A DNA stretch of 64,000 bases from Chrysemys picta bellii. Lineage: Eukaryota. How positions within the stretch are numbered: position 1 is the first letter of the stretch; every line of letters starts with the position of its first letter. Under the pieces are notes generated by a model. That model was not told the DNA's origin. It did not search any database and was given only the letters and a program-made list of their open reading frames with translations. The stretch is from the NCBI RefSeq assembly GCF_011386835.1, contig NC_088807.1:24552001-24616000 (forward strand), read 5' to 3'. This document shows positions 47,048 through 58,259 of this stretch, in pieces. A program made the position numbers and the translations under genes.

Positions 47048-49248
47048 TGTGACGCTGGCAGGCCAGGGGCGTTTGGCATTGGGACTTTATGGCGCGGCCG
47101 CAGGACGCCGTGTATTACCGGCATGTATTACCATGGTGCAGTGCCTGCTCTGTGACTATAGAAATGTTTGCTAAGACTGGGAACCCCCTGGTCAGGGGAG
47201 ATGCGTCACCCAGGGTGAAACGCTCGGGGTCCTCCCCAGCCCAGCAAACATCGGGCGCTAGATATCGGTGGACGTGAGCTCCCCTCATAGGCCTGGGATC
47301 CCCAGCTGGTTAGCCCTACAGACCGCAGAAAACTCACGTATTATAGCCCCTTTGGGCTGTCTCTGCATGGAATAGGACGCTGCATGGAACGGGGTGACCG
47401 TTTATAATATTATTGAGACCAACCTTACAAAATTGCAACGAATCTTACCAGATAGGCCATGTGAGGTATCAGCGGGGAAGGTAGGATTGGCTAACTATGA
47501 TAATCACGGCTCTACGTAGGTAGCATTAGTGTATGATGAGTTATAAATACGTGTGGTAGATTTGTACATCCAACTTGTGCTGTGTTTCTGGCGATTGGCA
47601 CCGGCACGAGCCAGCCTGCTTGATGGCCCATCAAAGGCCATCAGCAGGACATGTAGGGCCAGGCCGGTGGACAGAGACCTCTCAGGCTTTTCCATGCCAT
47701 GTGCTGTGAAGCTTGTGTTTGGGACACGGGATGTAGACGCCACATGTCAAAGGATATAAAAAGGCAGCTGCATCTTCTCCATTTTGTCTTCAGTCCTGCT
47801 CCTCCCCTCTGGAGTCACTTCTCTACACATTGAATCTATTTCCCCGTGTTAAATATCTTCACACCTCTTGGCAACTGGCTGAAATGGGCCATCTTGATTC
47901 TCACGACAAAAGTTTTTTTTTCTCCTGCTGTTAATAGCGCATCTTAATTAATTAGCCTCTTAGAGTTGGTCGGGCAACTTCCACCTTTTCATGTTCTCTA
48001 TGTATATATAGATCTCCTCACTAGATGTTCCATTCTATGCATCCGAAGAAGTGGGCTGTAGCCCACGAAAGCTTATGCTCAAATACACATGTTAGTCTCT
48101 AAGGTGCCACAAGTCCTCCTGTTCTTTTTGAGGATACAGACTAACACGGCTGCTACTCTGAAACGTCTCTACAAACTGAAGTTCTGAACAAAGGACTGAC
48201 TGACCCATCCACGTGGTGGGTGTGTTCCAGAGGGACTTTACAATCCAGCAAACTCACCAATGCTGCTTAGAACCTGATATATAGACTTTGACATCATAGA
48301 CTCATAGACTTTAAGGTCAGAAGGGACCATTATGATCATCTAGTCTGACCTCCTGCACGACGCAGGCCACAGAATCTCACCCACCCACTCCCAGAACAAA
48401 CCCCTGACCTATGTCTGAGCTATTGAAATCCTCAAATCGTAGTTTAAAGACTTCAAGGTGCAGAGAATCCTCCAGCAAGTGACCCGTGCCCCATGCTGCA
48501 GAGGAAGCCGGAAAAAAAACCCTGCCAATCTGCCCTGGAGGAAAATTCCTTCCCGACCCCAAATCTGGCGATCAGCTAAACCCTGAGCATGTGGGCAAGA
48601 CTCACCAGCCAGACACCCAGGAAAGAATTCTCTGTAGTAACTCAGATCCCACCTCAGCTAACATCCCATCACAGCCATTGGGCATATTTACCGCTAATAG
48701 TCAAAGATCAATGAATTGCCAAAATGAGGCTATCCCATCATAACATCCCCTCCATAAACTTATCAAGCTTAGTCTTGAAGCCAGATATGTCTTTTGCCCC
48801 CACTGCTCCCCTTGGAAGGTTGTTCCAGAACTTCACTCCTCTGAAACCTTCGTCTAATTTCAAGTCTAAACTTCCTGATGGCCAGTTTATATCCATTTGT
48901 CTTTGTATGTATGTGAGTGCTTTACCATGTAACAACTCTCTTCTCGTTCTTCCTTTCTGTTATAATAAACCTTTCATTTTAGATACTAAAGGACTGGCCG
49001 GCAGCGTGGTATTTTGGGTCAGATCCAACCTAATATTGACCTGGTAACGTGGCCGGCCCTTTGGGGTCAGAAGAACATTTCATTTAGTGAGCAGAGTTTT
49101 TAAATAACTTCTCACTGTACTGGCCCCAGGTGCTGATTGGGAGCCAGTTTGTGACTGGTTGGTGAGTCTAACTTCAGTATTACCCACCAGTCTGGGGAGT
49201 GTCCTTGGCATTTTCAGGGAGGGCTACCCTAGGCACCAACAGCTCACA
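47048..49248 (+). mobile_element. Solo LTR with nested PLE (47828-48165) and CR1 (48294-48900); duplicate of 6646-8848
   Basis: Colinear with the first copy, including the TCTCTACA TSD. Confidence 0.65.
48039..48078 (+). ncRNA. Minimal type I hammerhead ribozyme (U4C variant), duplicate of 7638-7677
   Basis: GCATCCGAAGAAGTGGGCTGTAGCCCACGAAAGCTTATGC. Confidence 0.75.
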
Positions 49249-49753
49249 GCGTGTCTTTCACGGTGCAAATAATTCCCTCGTTTCTCTCTCCTGGTGAATA
49301 AATCTTTAGTTCATTACAGGATTGGCAGCAAGTGCCGTCTTTGCCATCCACCCCCTCTATCTATCCCCACACACCCATCTATCTCTCTGTTTACCCATCC
49401 CCATACCCCTATCTATCATCTATCTATCTATCTATCCCCATCCACCCCCCTTCTCTCTCCCTATCCCCATCCACCCCCTCTATCTATCTATCTATCTATC
49501 CTCACCCACCCCCTCTATCTATCTATCCCCATCCACCCCGTATCTATCTCCATCCACCCCCTCTATCTATCTATCCCCATCCACACACCCCTCTCTCTAT
49601 CTATCCCCATCCACCCCCTCTATCTATCCCAATCCACCCCCCTTCTCTCTCTCTATCCCCAGCCATCCCCTCTCTCTATCTATCCCCATCCACCCCCTCT
49701 ATCTATCTATCCCCATCCACACACCCTTCTCTCTCTCTCTATCCCATACACCC

Positions 49754-50907
49754 TGTGACATACCCCTGGGGTATAACCTAGCCTGCGGGACCGCTGAGTC
49801 CTCTTAAACTCTCCAGCCTGGCCTGTCTCTCCTGACACCAGACCACTGACCAGCTACGAGCCTCTCCAGGTGCTGTGATCACTCAGCCATCAACACACAG
49901 GGACACCCCCAGCTGAGTTGCAGGAATGCTCTCTCAGCCACTCATGAATTATACACAGGGAGACCCCAGCCAATTTCCCCAGACCACCCGCCTTGCACCC
50001 CGGAGGTGTCCCCTCGTACGCCGCTCAGGACCTTCCCTTGAACAGTGCAAGCTCATTCATTCGTTCGCCCCCTCGTCAAAGGGAAGTGGACGCACACCCG
50101 CCTTTGTAATTGGAGTAGATTCCCCAACCACTTGCAACAAACTCACTGGGCAGGATAAACGGTTACACTGAGTTTATTAACTGCAGACAGCTCGATGGTC
50201 AGCGATTATAAGTGGTGGGCACAGAGGTCAAAGGTGGTTACCTAGGAAATAAAAATAGAGTCGCAGGCTAAATGTGAAACTTTATCAGACGAAGCAAGAT
50301 TGGCATCAGACGGCTTTTCTCCCCCGCCCCGGCCGGACGTTCCAGGCAGCTCCCGGTTCTCAATATACAGGCTGGATTCCCTTCCAGCCTGGGACCAATC
50401 TCCCCAGTTCAAAGTCTTCGTCGCCCGAGCGATCGTCCAGGTGATGCGGGAGGGGAGAGGCCCAGTGGTGACGTTATGGACCCTCGTTGATACTTTCTCT
50501 CCAGGTGCTGGAAAGCTCCTGGCCATGACGTGGGGGTCAGGCCGTCCCCATGGGGTACGTGCCCCCTCTAAGCAGTCTCCAGGAGAGTGGATTCTTCTTG
50601 ATGGGCCCTCAACGCCTGTCCAGCCAATCGAGATGTAAAGCCGTCTTGTCCGTGTGCTGCTCCTTTCGTGCCACTGAAAGGCCGGCTGTGGGCGTTCCCA
50701 CTGGCCACGTATTTCAGTGACAAACACGCAGCAATATCTCCTCGCTTCCCATCCAACGAGACCACGCACCAGCCAACAGGGCAGCAACGTTCAGCCGACC
50801 GTGTCGTCTCAAACAATACCTCCCAAGGCATGCGTTGCCCCAAACCCATCACAACCACATCACCGGGGTGAATATGGGGGTGCTATTTTGAGGTACCAAG
50901 TGTCACA
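49754..50907 (-). mobile_element. Solo LTR, duplicate of 9479-10631
   Basis: TGTGACA / TGTCACA termini, colinear sequence. Confidence 0.7.
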
Positions 50908-51085
50908 GGCCCCGTTCTGCAATTTTCCCCCATCCTCTTTTTAAAGGCGCACCCCAAAACTGGGCTCCAGCTACAGTCGCACCAGGGCCAAACACACACG
51001 GAAAATCACCTCTCTGCTCCAACTCCAGGTTCCCCTGGTAGAGGTGCCTGATTAGCCACAGTGCAGGCGACAACTGGTGGTTCTG

Positions 51086-51406
51086 CCCTGTCTCTCAGCT
51101 CCCAGAGTCCCCCGCCTCCAGCTCAGTGCAGCGGGGCCTGGAGACCCCCAGCGGCCCTAAGCACCTGAACCAGCCTGCGTCCCGCCGAGGGAGTCGCACC
51201 CGCCGCTGACGAGGGCAAAGCGCCGCGACCTCCCCCAAGGGCCTTTTGCTAACGAGCCCAGCTGGGAGGCGGCCCCATTGGAACTCCGCAGACTGAAAGG
51301 CGAATTAACGGGGGCCCCGGAGAGCCCTGAGCCATCTGCCCGGCACTGGAAAACCAGAGCTAACGAGAGGAAGTTATTGCTGGGCGTCTGAGTGGGACAG
51401 AGATGA
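51086..51406. promoter_or_regulatory. Candidate homeodomain/O-E element, duplicate of 10810-11130
   Basis: TCCCCCAAGGG, CTTTTGCTAACGAG, TTAACGGG-g-GCCCCGGAGA, CTAACGAG. Confidence 0.5.
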
Positions 51407-51569
51407 TGACTTAAGAAGACAACCCAAAAAGATGACTCAACTAGATGACAGCTCAAACAGAAGACTCTAGAAAAAAGATGACTCAGGAAGAAGACAGGTC
51501 CAAAAGAGGACATCAGAAGAAAGTTACTGAAGAAGACAACAACAGAAGAAGTTGAAGGAAGACAATGGC

Positions 51570-52331
51570 TGTAACAAAGTGGGAATTTTTTGATGACGCC
51601 TGATGTGTGCCTCAGTTTCCCCTACAGGCTGCATTGTTACCTAGTGGGTGAAAAGGGACAGTTTGCACTCGGGGCAGGTGAAGACACAAGTGTGGCTGGT
51701 GCCTCGCTGTCCGGGGCCTTGGGTCCCGTATCAATGGAGCTCTTGAGAAGACAATGGCAACTCCAATCACCAGGACGTGAGCACCTACCAACCAACAACC
51801 CAGAGCGATCTGGACGGCTCTGCCTCTCCGCAGGGGGGCTGAGCCGCATCTCCCCAGCTCGGGAACAAAGGACGAGGGCAGGGGGTGAGGTGGAAGTCAG
51901 TTCAGGCACACCTTGGAGCCTGGTAAAGGAGATGAGATGGAGGGACAGATGGAGCTTGACCAATGAGTTTCACTAAAGCCAAGCTGGGCTTTCAATCCTT
52001 TTGTGATAACCAAAGACTTCCTATGCTGGGTTCCGGCGGACTAATAACCCCGACTGTGTGACCGCGTTGGCTGAGTGTCCCTGAAGATGCTGGCAGAGGA
52101 GGTGCATTGCTCCCTAAGAAAGGACAAGTCTCCTTCGGGGGTCTGTCTCAGTGGGGCTCGCTGAACGGAGCTCATGGTGTGAAGCAGAGGTGCTGACACC
52201 TCAGTGATTCAGTTTAAGGAGGAGGTGAAGCTGTAGAATGGGACCCCGAGGGGGTCGGGCACATTGAATGGGGTTCCTCCCAGAGACTACCCCAGCTGGA
52301 GCCATTGCACCAATCCCGTGGATCCGTGCCA
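51570..52331 (+). mobile_element. Solo LTR, duplicate of 11294-12055
   Basis: TGTAACA...GTGCCA with ATGGC/ATGAC TSD. Confidence 0.75.
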
Positions 52332-52744
52332 ATGACTCAAGGAGAAGATGACACCAGAAGAATCAAGACAATTCAGGAAGACAACACAAGAGGATGACTC
52401 AGGGAAACGGCTAAAAAGGAAGAAAACGCCAATGGAAGATGACTCTAGAAGACAACTGGAGAAGACTCAAGACTGAGATTACTCAAGAAGGAGATTATTC
52501 AAGAAAACAACAACTGAAAGAAGACTCCAAAAGACAGCAACTCAAAAGGAAAGGTGCTCAAAAAGAAAACAACTCAACAAGATTCAAAACACTGATGACT
52601 CAGTAAGATGATTTAAGATGATGACTCGTCAACTTGAAAAGGACGACTCAAGTAGAAGTTGACTGAGAAAGACAACTCAAGAAGAAGAGGACTCAAAAAT
52701 ATCAAGAAGACTCCAAAAGGTAAGGACTCAATAAGAAAGTCAAG

Positions 52745-52846
52745 GTGAGCGAGGTAATATCTTTAATTGGCCAAAGATATTACTCCACCCACCTTGGTCC
52801 TCTAATATCCTGGGACAGACACAGCTATAGCTACACTGCATACAAT
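52745..52846. mobile_element. Short hairpin remnant, probably Penelope-like; duplicate of 12469-12570
   Basis: Identical inverted arms. Confidence 0.5.
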
Positions 52847-52888
52847 AATGACTCAATAAGACACTTAAGGAGATGACTCAAGGAAAGG

Positions 52889-55636
52889 ATGGCTCAGAAA
52901 GACAACTCAAGAAGAGAATCCATCGCTGTTGACTCAAGACGACAACTCCAGAAAAGTATGGCTCAGAAAGACAACTCAAGAAGAGAATCCATCGCTGTTG
53001 ACTCAAGACGACAACTCCAGAAAAGTATGGCTCAGAAAGACAACTCAAGAAGAGAATCCATCGCTGTTGACTCAAGACGACAACTCCAGAAAACTCCATT
53101 GCTATCTACATACTGCACAGACCACAGTGAGAGATTATGCCATACGTTATCAAAGAAACTGAGGAACCACCTGATCAGCATCCTATACAGCAAACAGAAA
53201 AACATCAAGAAAGAGCTCTCCAACCTGGAGACTCTCATAAATAACCAACCCTCCACACAAACGGACTTTACTAAAATAAGACAGGAGATCTACATTACAC
53301 ACTTCACCTCTCTACAAAGGAAAAAGGACCGTAAGCTGTCTAAAATCCTACCTGCCACATGGGGCCACAACAGGGGTACCCCTAACTCACCCAGCAATAT
53401 CGTCAATTTATCCAGCTACACACTCAACCCAGCAGAAGAGTCTGTCCTATCTCGGGGACTCTCCTTTTGCCCCAGCACCCCCACGAACATGATACAGTTC
53501 TGTGGTGATCTGGAAGCCTACTTTCGCCGCCTCCGACTCAAAGAATACTTTCACGAGAACACTGAACAGCGCACTGATACACAGATACCCTCCCACCAAC
53601 AACACAGGAAGAAGAACTCCACATGGACTCCTCCTGAGGGTCGAAATGACAGTCTGGACCTATACATAGAATGCTTCCGCCGACGTGCACAGGCAGAAAT
53701 TGTGGAAAAACAACATCGCTTGCCTCATAACCTAAGTCGTGCAGAACGCAATGCCATCCACAGCCTCAGAAACCACCCTGACATTATCATCAAAGAGGCT
53801 GATAAAGGAGGTGCTGTTGTCATCATGAACAGGTCTGACTACCAGAAGGAGGCTGCCAGACAACTCTCCAATACCCAATTCTACAGGCCGCTTTCCTCAG
53901 ATCCCACTGAGGAATATACTAAGAAACTACACCATCTACTCAGGACACTCCCTACACTAACACAGGAACAAATCAACATACCCTTAGAGCCCCGACCGGG
54001 GTTATTCTATTTACTACCTAAGATCCACAAACCTGGAAACCCTGGACGCCCCATCATCTCGGGCATTGGCACTCTCACTGAAGGACTGTCTGGATATGTG
54101 GACTCCCTACTCAGACCCTACGCCACCAGCACTCCCAGCTATCTCCGTGACACCACAGATTTCCTGAGGAAACTACAATGCATTGGTGACCTCCCAGAAA
54201 ACACCATCCTAGCCACCATGGATGTAGAGGCTCTCTACACAAACATCCCACATACAGATGGAATACAAGCTGTCAGGAACAGTATCCCTGATGATGACAC
54301 AGCACAACTTATTGCTGAGCTCTGTGACTTTATCCTCACGCACAATTATTTCAAATTTGGTGACAATATATACCTCCAGACCAGTGGCACCGCTATGGGC
54401 ACCCGCATGGCCCCACAATATGCCAACATTTTTATGGCTGACCTGGAACAACGCTTCCTCAGCTCCCGTCCACTCATGCCCCTTCTCTACCTACGCTATA
54501 TTGATGACATCTTCATCATCTGGACCCATGGGAAGGAGGCCCTGGAAGAATTCCACCATGCTTTCAACAGCTTCCACCCCACCATCAACCTCAGCCTGGA
54601 CCAATCTACACGGGAGGTCCACTTCCTGGACACCACCGTACAAATAAGCGATGGCCACATTAACACCACCCTGTACCGAAAACCCACCGACCGCTACGCC
54701 TACCTTCATGCCTCCAGCTTCCACCCCGGTCACACCACACGATCCATCGTCTACAGCCAAGCACTGAGGTACAATCGCATCTGCTCCAACCCCTCAGACA
54801 GAGACCAACACCTACAAGATCTTCACCAAGCATTCTCAAAACTACAACACCCACACAAGGAAATAAAGAAACAAATCAACAGAGCCAGACGTGTACCCAG
54901 AAGCCTCCTGCTACAAGACAGGCCCAGAAGAGAAACCAACAGAACTCCACTGGCCATCACCTACAGTCCTCAGCTTAAACCTCTCCAACGCATCATCAGT
55001 GATCTACAACCCATCCTGGACAATGATCCCTCACTTTCACAGACCTTGGGAGGCAGGCCAGTCCTCGCCCACAGACAACCTGCCAACCTTAAACATATTC
55101 TCACCAGCAACCACGGACCGCACCATAACAACTCTAACTCAGGAACCAACCCATGCAACAAACCTCGATGCCAACTCTGCCCACATATCTACACCAGCAA
55201 CACCATCACTGGACCTAACCAGATCAGCTACAACATCACCGGCTCATTCACCTGCACGTCCACCAATGTTATATATGCCATCATATGCCAGCAATGCCCC
55301 TCTGCTATGTACATTGGCCAAACTGGACAGTCACTACGCAAGAGGATAAATGGACACAAGTCAGATATCAGGAATGGCAATATACAAAAACCTGTAGGAG
55401 AACACTTCAACCTCCCTGGCCACACAATAGCAGATGTAAAGGTTGCCATCTTACAGCAAAAAAACTTCAGGACCAGACTCCAAAGAGAAACTGCTGAGCT
55501 CCAGTTCATTTGCAAATTTGACACCATCAGATCAGGATTAAACAAAGACTGTGAATGGCTATCCAACTACAGAAACAGTTTCTCCTCCCTTGGTGTTCAC
55601 ACCTCAACTGCTAGCAGAGCACCTCACCCTCCCTGA
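52889..55636 (+). CDS. Chimeric 915-aa ORF: three 23-aa satellite repeats fused to Penelope-like reverse transcriptase and GIY-YIG endonuclease
   Basis: RT motifs LFYLLPKIHK, GRPIISG, TMDVEALYTNIP, GTAMGTRMAPQYANIFM, YLRYIDDIF, VHFLD; Cys linker CNKPRCQLC; GIY-YIG NVIYAIICQQCPSAMYIGQT..R..GH..EHF; no internal stop. Confidence 0.9.
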   Translation: MAQKDNSRRESIAVDSRRQLQKSMAQKDNSRRESIAVDSRRQLQKSMAQKDNSRRESIAVDSRRQLQKTPLLSTYCTDHSERLCHTLSKKLRNHLISILYSKQKNIKKELSNLETLINNQPSTQTDFTKIRQEIYITHFTSLQRKKDRKLSKILPATWGHNRGTPNSPSNIVNLSSYTLNPAEESVLSRGLSFCPSTPTNMIQFCGDLEAYFRRLRLKEYFHENTEQRTDTQIPSHQQHRKKNSTWTPPEGRNDSLDLYIECFRRRAQAEIVEKQHRLPHNLSRAERNAIHSLRNHPDIIIKEADKGGAVVIMNRSDYQKEAARQLSNTQFYRPLSSDPTEEYTKKLHHLLRTLPTLTQEQINIPLEPRPGLFYLLPKIHKPGNPGRPIISGIGTLTEGLSGYVDSLLRPYATSTPSYLRDTTDFLRKLQCIGDLPENTILATMDVEALYTNIPHTDGIQAVRNSIPDDDTAQLIAELCDFILTHNYFKFGDNIYLQTSGTAMGTRMAPQYANIFMADLEQRFLSSRPLMPLLYLRYIDDIFIIWTHGKEALEEFHHAFNSFHPTINLSLDQSTREVHFLDTTVQISDGHINTTLYRKPTDRYAYLHASSFHPGHTTRSIVYSQALRYNRICSNPSDRDQHLQDLHQAFSKLQHPHKEIKKQINRARRVPRSLLLQDRPRRETNRTPLAITYSPQLKPLQRIISDLQPILDNDPSLSQTLGGRPVLAHRQPANLKHILTSNHGPHHNNSNSGTNPCNKPRCQLCPHIYTSNTITGPNQISYNITGSFTCTSTNVIYAIICQQCPSAMYIGQTGQSLRKRINGHKSDIRNGNIQKPVGEHFNLPGHTIADVKVAILQQKNFRTRLQRETAELQFICKFDTIRSGLNKDCEWLSNYRNSFSSLGVHTSTASRAPHPP

Positions 55637-55787
55637 TTGAACTAACCTCGTTATCTCCACACTGATATATACCTGCCTCTGGAGATTTCCATTACTTGCA
55701 TCTGAAGAAGTGAGGTTCTTACCCACGAAAGCTTATGCTCCCAGTACTTCTGTTAGTCTCAAAGGTGCCACAGGACCCTCTGTTGCT
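53094..55787 (+). mobile_element. Penelope-like retroelement (probably Neptune-like), 5'-truncated, young
   Basis: 2694 bp between 12-bp direct repeats AACTCCAGAAAA (53082-53093 / 55788-55799); open RT-EN frame; hammerhead-bearing 3' end; absent from the paralogous array. Confidence 0.93.
55698..55738 (+). ncRNA. Minimal type I hammerhead ribozyme with canonical core in the PLE 3' end
   Basis: GCA-T-CTGAAGA-A-GTGAGG..ACCCAC-GAAA-GCT-TA-TGC; one mismatch in stem II; palindromic AAGCTT. Confidence 0.8.
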
Positions 55788-56146
55788 AACTCCAGAAAAG
55801 TATGGCTCAGAAAGACAACTCAAGAAGAGAATCCATCGCTGTTGACTCAAGAAGACAACTCCAGAAAAGTATGGCTCAGAAAGACAACTCAAGAAGAGAA
55901 TCCATCGCTGTTGACTCAAGACGACAACTCCAGAAAAGTATGGCTCGGAAAGACAACTCAAGAAGAGAATCCATCGAGGTGACTCAAAAAGAGGTTGATT
56001 CTAGAAAACAACTCAAAATTCAGCCATACCTCATCAGCCTCCGGCCCCCAAAGCTCACTTTAGAGCCAACCTCTCGACTGTACAGTGGAGTTCTTGCACT
56101 CCATCTCCTGGGCATTGGGGCGATCCAAGTCCACCCCAAGCAGCAC

Positions 56147-56760
56147 CTACGTCCCCAGAGAGGCCACCATCCGGCTGATGGCTTTTCTCAGAGCCCCCCT
56201 CATCTCATCACTCCTCGGGGTGTAGATGAAGGGGTTGAGCATGGGGGTGACCACAGTGTACGTGACAGCTGAAACAGCACCCTTTTCAGCAGAGAAGCTG
56301 GACAAGGGCTGGAAGTAGACCCAGATAACGGTGCTGAAGAAGACCGCTACGACAGCCAGGTGGGAGCCACCGGTTGAGAAGGCCTTGCGCTTGCCGTCGG
56401 GCAAAGGGACCTTGATGACGGGGGACACAATGGCGACGTAGGAGAGGAGGATGAAAACCAGCGCCCCGTTGACCACCAGGGCCTCCTCGGTGTGCACCAC
56501 CAGGGCATTGAGCCCAGTGTCGGAGCAGGAGAGGTTCAGCAGGGGGAAGATGTCGCAGAAGAAGTGGGGGACCCTGTTGGAGGCGGGACGCAGGTGTGCA
56601 GCAGGGAGTGGAGGTGAGAGATCAGCCAGGAGGTGATGCCGAAGGCGATGAAGAAAGACATCTGGGCCAGGCAATCGGCGTTCTGGTCGCCCGTGGGCAA
56701 GACGGAGGAAGTCGGATGGGACCAGGTGCAGAGACGAGCAGCCAGGCTGGGGAGCCGGGC
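56147..56760 (-). pseudogene. Olfactory receptor pseudogene (internal deletion and frameshift)
   Basis: Intact TM5-TM7 (HFFCDIFPLLNLSC...KAFSTGGSHL...PMLNPFIY). In another frame DCLAQMSFFIAFGIT joins directly to SWLISHLHSLLHT, so the DRY region is missing; no N-terminus recognisable. Confidence 0.9.
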
Positions 56761-57109
56761 CTCGGCTTTCAGTTGAGATGGCTGCAGGATACGATGAGAC
56801 CCCCGCGCACACACACACACCCCTAGGACAACGGGGGATGGGAGCCAGCCCAGGAACCGCCACCGTGTCAGAGGAGGACTTCGCTGGATATCGTTTAACC
56901 AGATTCAGGGCTTCCGAGCCTAGACAGGTCCACTGGGATCTCCTGCAAAACACAGGCTGGGCCATGGCCCTGAGGGGGCCAACTTTTCTTTTTGCCAGTG
57001 GGTGCTGCTCTCCGCCCCTCCCCCCCGTGCGAATGGTGGGCGGGGCCTCAGGGGAAGAGGCCGAGCAGGGGCAGGGCCTCAGGGCACCGTGGCTCACAAA
57101 ATATTAATC

Positions 57110-58225
57110 CATCCCTCCCCTCTATCCATCCATCCATCCATCCTCACTATCCATCCATCCATCCACCCATCCCTCCCCACTATCCATCCACCCATCCATC
57201 CCTCCCCACTACCCATCCATCCACCCATCCCTCCCCTCTATCCATCTATCCANNNNNNNNNNNNNNNNNNNNNNNNNNNNNNNNNNNNNNNNNNNNNNNN
57301 NNNNNNNNNNNNNNNNNNNNNNNNNNNNNNNNNNNNNNNNNNNNNNNNNNNNNNNNNNNNNNNNNNNNNNNNNNNNNNNNNNTCCACTCATCCCTCCCCA
57401 CTATCCATCCACCCACCCATCCATCCCTCCCCACTACCCATCCATCCATCCCTTCCCACTATCCCATCCCTCCCTCCATCCATCCACCCACCCATCCCTC
57501 CCCTCCATCCATCCACTCACCCCATCCATCCATCCCTTCCTTCTATCCATCCACCCATCCCTCCCCACTATCCATCCACACATCCATCCATCCATCCCTC
57601 CCCACTATCCAATCACCCACCCATCCATCCCTCCTCACTATCCATCCATCCATCCCTTCCCTCTATTCATCCATCCACCCACCCCATCCATCCATCACTC
57701 CCCTCCATCCATCCATCCACTCACCCCATCCATCCTTCCCCTCTATCCATCCACCCATCTCTCCTCTTTATCAATCCACACTCCTCCCATCCATCCACCC
57801 CCATCTAAACTATATATCTCCCTATACACACCCCCTTTATCTATATGCAAACACCCCCCCATCTAATCTATCTATCATCTCATAGACACTCCTCTTTCTC
57901 TGTCTATTTATCTATCCAACCCTATACACACCATCTATCTATCTATCCCCGTCCACCCCATCTATCTATCTATCCCCATCCACCCCCTCTATCTATCTAT
58001 CCCCATCCCACCATCCCCCCATCTATCTATCTATCTATCTATCTATCCCCGTCCACCCCATCTATCTATCTATCNNNNNNNNNNNNNNNNNNNNNNNNNN
58101 NNNNNNNNNNNNNNNNNNNNNNNNNNNNNNNNNNNNNNNNNNNNNNNNNNNNNNNNNNNNNNNNNNNNNNNNNNNNNNNNNNNNNNNNNNNNNNNNNNNN
58201 NNNNNNNNNNNNNNNATCTATCTAT
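57110..58225. repeat. CCAT / ATCT simple repeats containing two N gaps
   Basis: Low-complexity tracts around gaps 57253-57382 and 58075-58215. Confidence 0.9.
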
Positions 58226-58259
58226 CCTGAGTTCTTCTATTTTCAGTTCTGCTACTGAC

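Larger units (their letters stand above)
52883..55975. repeat. 69-bp minisatellite split by PLE insertion (units at 52883-53093 and 55788-55975)
   Basis: Same unit and same terminal sequence (ATCGAGGTGACTCAAA.AGAGGTTGATTCTAGAAAACA) as 12608-13098. Confidence 0.93.
41251..56000 (+). other. Direct segmental duplicate of 1-13098 (plus a 2.7 kb PLE insertion)
   Basis: Colinear satellite, PLE hairpin, OR, three LTRs, CR1 and 69-bp array; offset ~40.3-40.8 kb; 8 substitutions in the 1050-bp OR CDS. Confidence 0.92.

Noticed and set aside
56147-57097. 316-aa ORF as an intact OR
   Set aside because: N-terminal half is not OR-like in this frame; DRY motif deleted; called a pseudogene
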